A stretch of 64,000 bases of DNA from Candidatus Nanopelagicales bacterium (GTDB lineage: Bacteria > Actinomycetota > Actinomycetes > S36-B12), in NCBI GenBank assembly GCA_044375955.1, contig JBILLS010000003.1, positions 2,471-66,470 of the forward strand, given 5' to 3'. Below the pieces are notes generated by a model. The model made no database searches. It was not told the DNA's origin and saw nothing but the letters and a program-made list of their open reading frames with translations. Below are positions 62,529 through 64,000 of the stretch, one piece after another (the first letter of the stretch is position 1; the number at the start of each line of letters is the position of its first letter). A program made the translations under genes and the position numbers.

Positions 62529-64000
62529 ATGTTTTCGACACGCAAGCGCAACCTCGCCGCCGCACTCAGCGCATCCACCCTTGTCGGTGCGGCGCTCGCA
62601 GTGGGCACAGTCACCCCGGCAGTCGCCGTGGCCAATTCCTCAGGAGATGCCCGAGCCAAGGCGTCATGTGTCGACCAGGCGCTGCAGATGGCGCAACCCC
62701 TCATCAAGTCGATCGCGCAGGCGGGAACGGCGAAAGAACGCGGGGTGCCGCAGATCATCGCGGCCATCCGGGCCAAGTCCGCCGCGTGCCAGGACGTGCT
62801 CTTCGGCGACGGCACTGCCGCGAACCCCGATGCCGGGCTTCTCGTCGGCAACGGCTTCTCGTTCACCGCGGCCACTTGCGAACCTGGCAACAGTTGCGAC
62901 GGAGGGGATGGCGGACTACTCCTCGGCAACGGCGGCAATGGTTTCAACGGTGGCGATGGTGGCAACGCCGGCTGGTACGGGGGAAGGGCCGGGAACGGCG
63001 GCCACGGGGTAATCGGCGGCTCCTACGGAGGCGGCATCCAACTCACGGGGAATGGACAACTGATTTCCCAGGGGACCCCGGTCGTCGGCTCGCAGATGAT
63101 CCACGGGGTGGATGGCGGCCATGGTGGCGCCGCGGGTCGCTACGGCAATGGGGGCAACGGCGGAAACGGTGGTGACGCAAGTGTCGGCGGAATAGGAGGG
63201 GACGGCGGCAACGGCGGTCGGGGCGGACTGCTCTCGGGCAACGGCGGGGCCGGCGGCAACGGCGGTGCCGGCGGGGTCGGCACTCCCCAGGTGCAGGGCG
63301 GGGTCGGCGGCAACGGCGGGGCCGGCGGGAGTAGCGGACTCCTCGCGGGCAGCGGTGGAGCCGGCGGTCGGGGCGGTGACGGCGGGGTCGGTAACTCCCA
63401 GGTGCAGGGAGGTAACGGCGGCAACGGCGGCAACGCCGGACTTCTCTTGGCGAGCAGCGGCAACGGCGGTAGCGCCGGATGGTTCGGGTCAACCGGTGGG
63501 GCCGGCGGCAACGGCGGGGCCGGTTCGACGGGCGGTAACGGAGGAAACGGCGGCAACGGGTCGACAGGCGGTAACGGGGGCAACGCCGGAGCCGGGAACT
63601 CCGCTGGAGCCGGGGTTCTCCTCGGCAATGGTGGCAGCGGCGGGGCCGGATCAACCGGCGGAAACGGCGGTAACGGCGGGGCCGGTGCCACCGGCGGTAA
63701 CGGCGGCGTTGGGTCTACCAGCAGTAACGGCGGCAATGGCGGGGCCGGATCAACCGGCGGCAACGGCGGCAATGGCGGGGCCGGTGGCCTCGCGTCGATC
63801 GGGGGTAACGGCGGGGCCGGATCAGCCGGCGGTAACGGCGGCAATGGCGGGGCCGGTGGCCTCGGTTCTACCGGCGGCAGTGGTGGGAATGCCGGGCTTT
63901 TCCTTGGAGGTGGCGGGAGCGCCGCCCCATCCGCGTCGATCGGCGGTAACGGTGGCCTCGGGTCGGTCGGCGGCAACGGCGGTGCCGCGAGCGGCGTCTC
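62529..64000 (+). CDS. Secreted Gly/Asn-rich PGRS-like repeat protein (5' partial; continues beyond the window)
   Basis: Hand translation of frame 3 from the ATG at 62529 finds no stop through 64000, so it is absent from the ORF track. Signal peptide MFSTRKRNLAAALSASTLVGAALAVGTVTPAVAVA, then about 90 helical residues, then GGxGGxGG repeats. Confidence 0.75.
   Translation, partial: MFSTRKRNLAAALSASTLVGAALAVGTVTPAVAVANSSGDARAKASCVDQALQMAQPLIKSIAQAGTAKERGVPQIIAAIRAKSAACQDVLFGDGTAANPDAGLLVGNGFSFTAATCEPGNSCDGGDGGLLLGNGGNGFNGGDGGNAGWYGGRAGNGGHGVIGGSYGGGIQLTGNGQLISQGTPVVGSQMIHGVDGGHGGAAGRYGNGGNGGNGGDASVGGIGGDGGNGGRGGLLSGNGGAGGNGGAGGVGTPQVQGGVGGNGGAGGSSGLLAGSGGAGGRGGDGGVGNSQVQGGNGGNGGNAGLLLASSGNGGSAGWFGSTGGAGGNGGAGSTGGNGGNGGNGSTGGNGGNAGAGNSAGAGVLLGNGGSGGAGSTGGNGGNGGAGATGGNGGVGSTSSNGGNGGAGSTGGNGGNGGAGGLASIGGNGGAGSAGGNGGNGGAGGLGSTGGSGGNAGLFLGGGGSAAPSASIGGNGGLGSVGGNGGAASGV
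62830..64000 (+). repeat. Degenerate GGC/GGN-rich coding repeats (GGNGGAGG-type)
   Basis: Recurrent ggcggcaacggcggggccgg-type units. The Pro-rich and Arg-rich ORFs on the opposite strand are mirror images of these. Confidence 0.85.

Noticed and set aside
63043-63976. Pro-rich (63140-63976 minus) and Arg-rich (63043-63654 minus) ORFs listed in the track
   Set aside because: They are mirror frames of GGC/GGN repeats. The plus-strand frame has a start codon, a signal peptide and a non-repeat N-terminal domain, and stays open for 1.47 kb. This still needs a GC3 or proteomic check.
28723-64000. Periodic short repeats at 28.7 kb, 59.2 kb and 62.9-64.0 kb considered as possible CRISPR arrays
   Set aside because: The units (15-21 bp) are contiguous with no unique spacers, are in frame inside long ORFs, and no cas genes are present.

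Overview
High-GC actinobacterial chromosome segment. The oleA / oleB-oleC fusion / oleD arrangement is typical of Micrococcales; the species is not identified. All composition statements are by eye, since nothing could be computed. Bases 1-32,000 look like densely packed core genome, with many ATGA/GTGA/TAATG start-stop overlaps. This part holds FAH-family hydrolases, a ferredoxin plus ferredoxin reductase, a divergent pair of P450s, a xylB-ROK pair, and a pentose module (rpiB, an FGGY kinase, ribokinase, FucU). It also holds several secreted proteases (S1, HtrA-like, M23, and a 1064-aa S8 enzyme with unusual architecture), a Kv-like K+ channel, tRNA-Lys, and a complete long-chain olefin operon. 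A tRNA-Glu/Asp/Phe cluster at 32.1-32.4 kb marks a sharp change. Directly downstream of tRNA-Phe lie two visibly AT-richer islets of about 1.5 and 2.2 kb. Each ends in a degenerate copy of the 3' half of tRNA-Phe (att-like repeats), and no integrase remains. They carry a BrnA/BrnT-like toxin-antitoxin pair, a VOC enzyme and an FN3+DUF1566 secreted protein. From about 36 kb to 54.5 kb comes an accessory-looking block. Its core is an ABC-transporter-dependent glycan locus: Wzm/Wzt-type exporter, three GT-B glycosyltransferases, WecB and WecC-like ManNAc/ManNAcA enzymes, and a heparinase II/III-like protein. Two canonical and two divergent sulfotransferase-like genes are embedded in it. I rate this candidate sulfated cell-envelope glycan pathway as the most interesting system in the window. 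The last 9 kb encodes secreted proteins. Two are paralogous large proteins sharing Cys / His / Asp-Asn motifs in papain-like order, and they flank a LIP-family lipase. There is also a SAM methyltransferase. Finally, an ORF that runs off the window, and is therefore missing from the ORF track, encodes a signal-peptide-bearing Gly/Asn-rich PGRS-like repeat protein. No CRISPR array, rRNA, transposase, integrase or recognisable defence system was seen.
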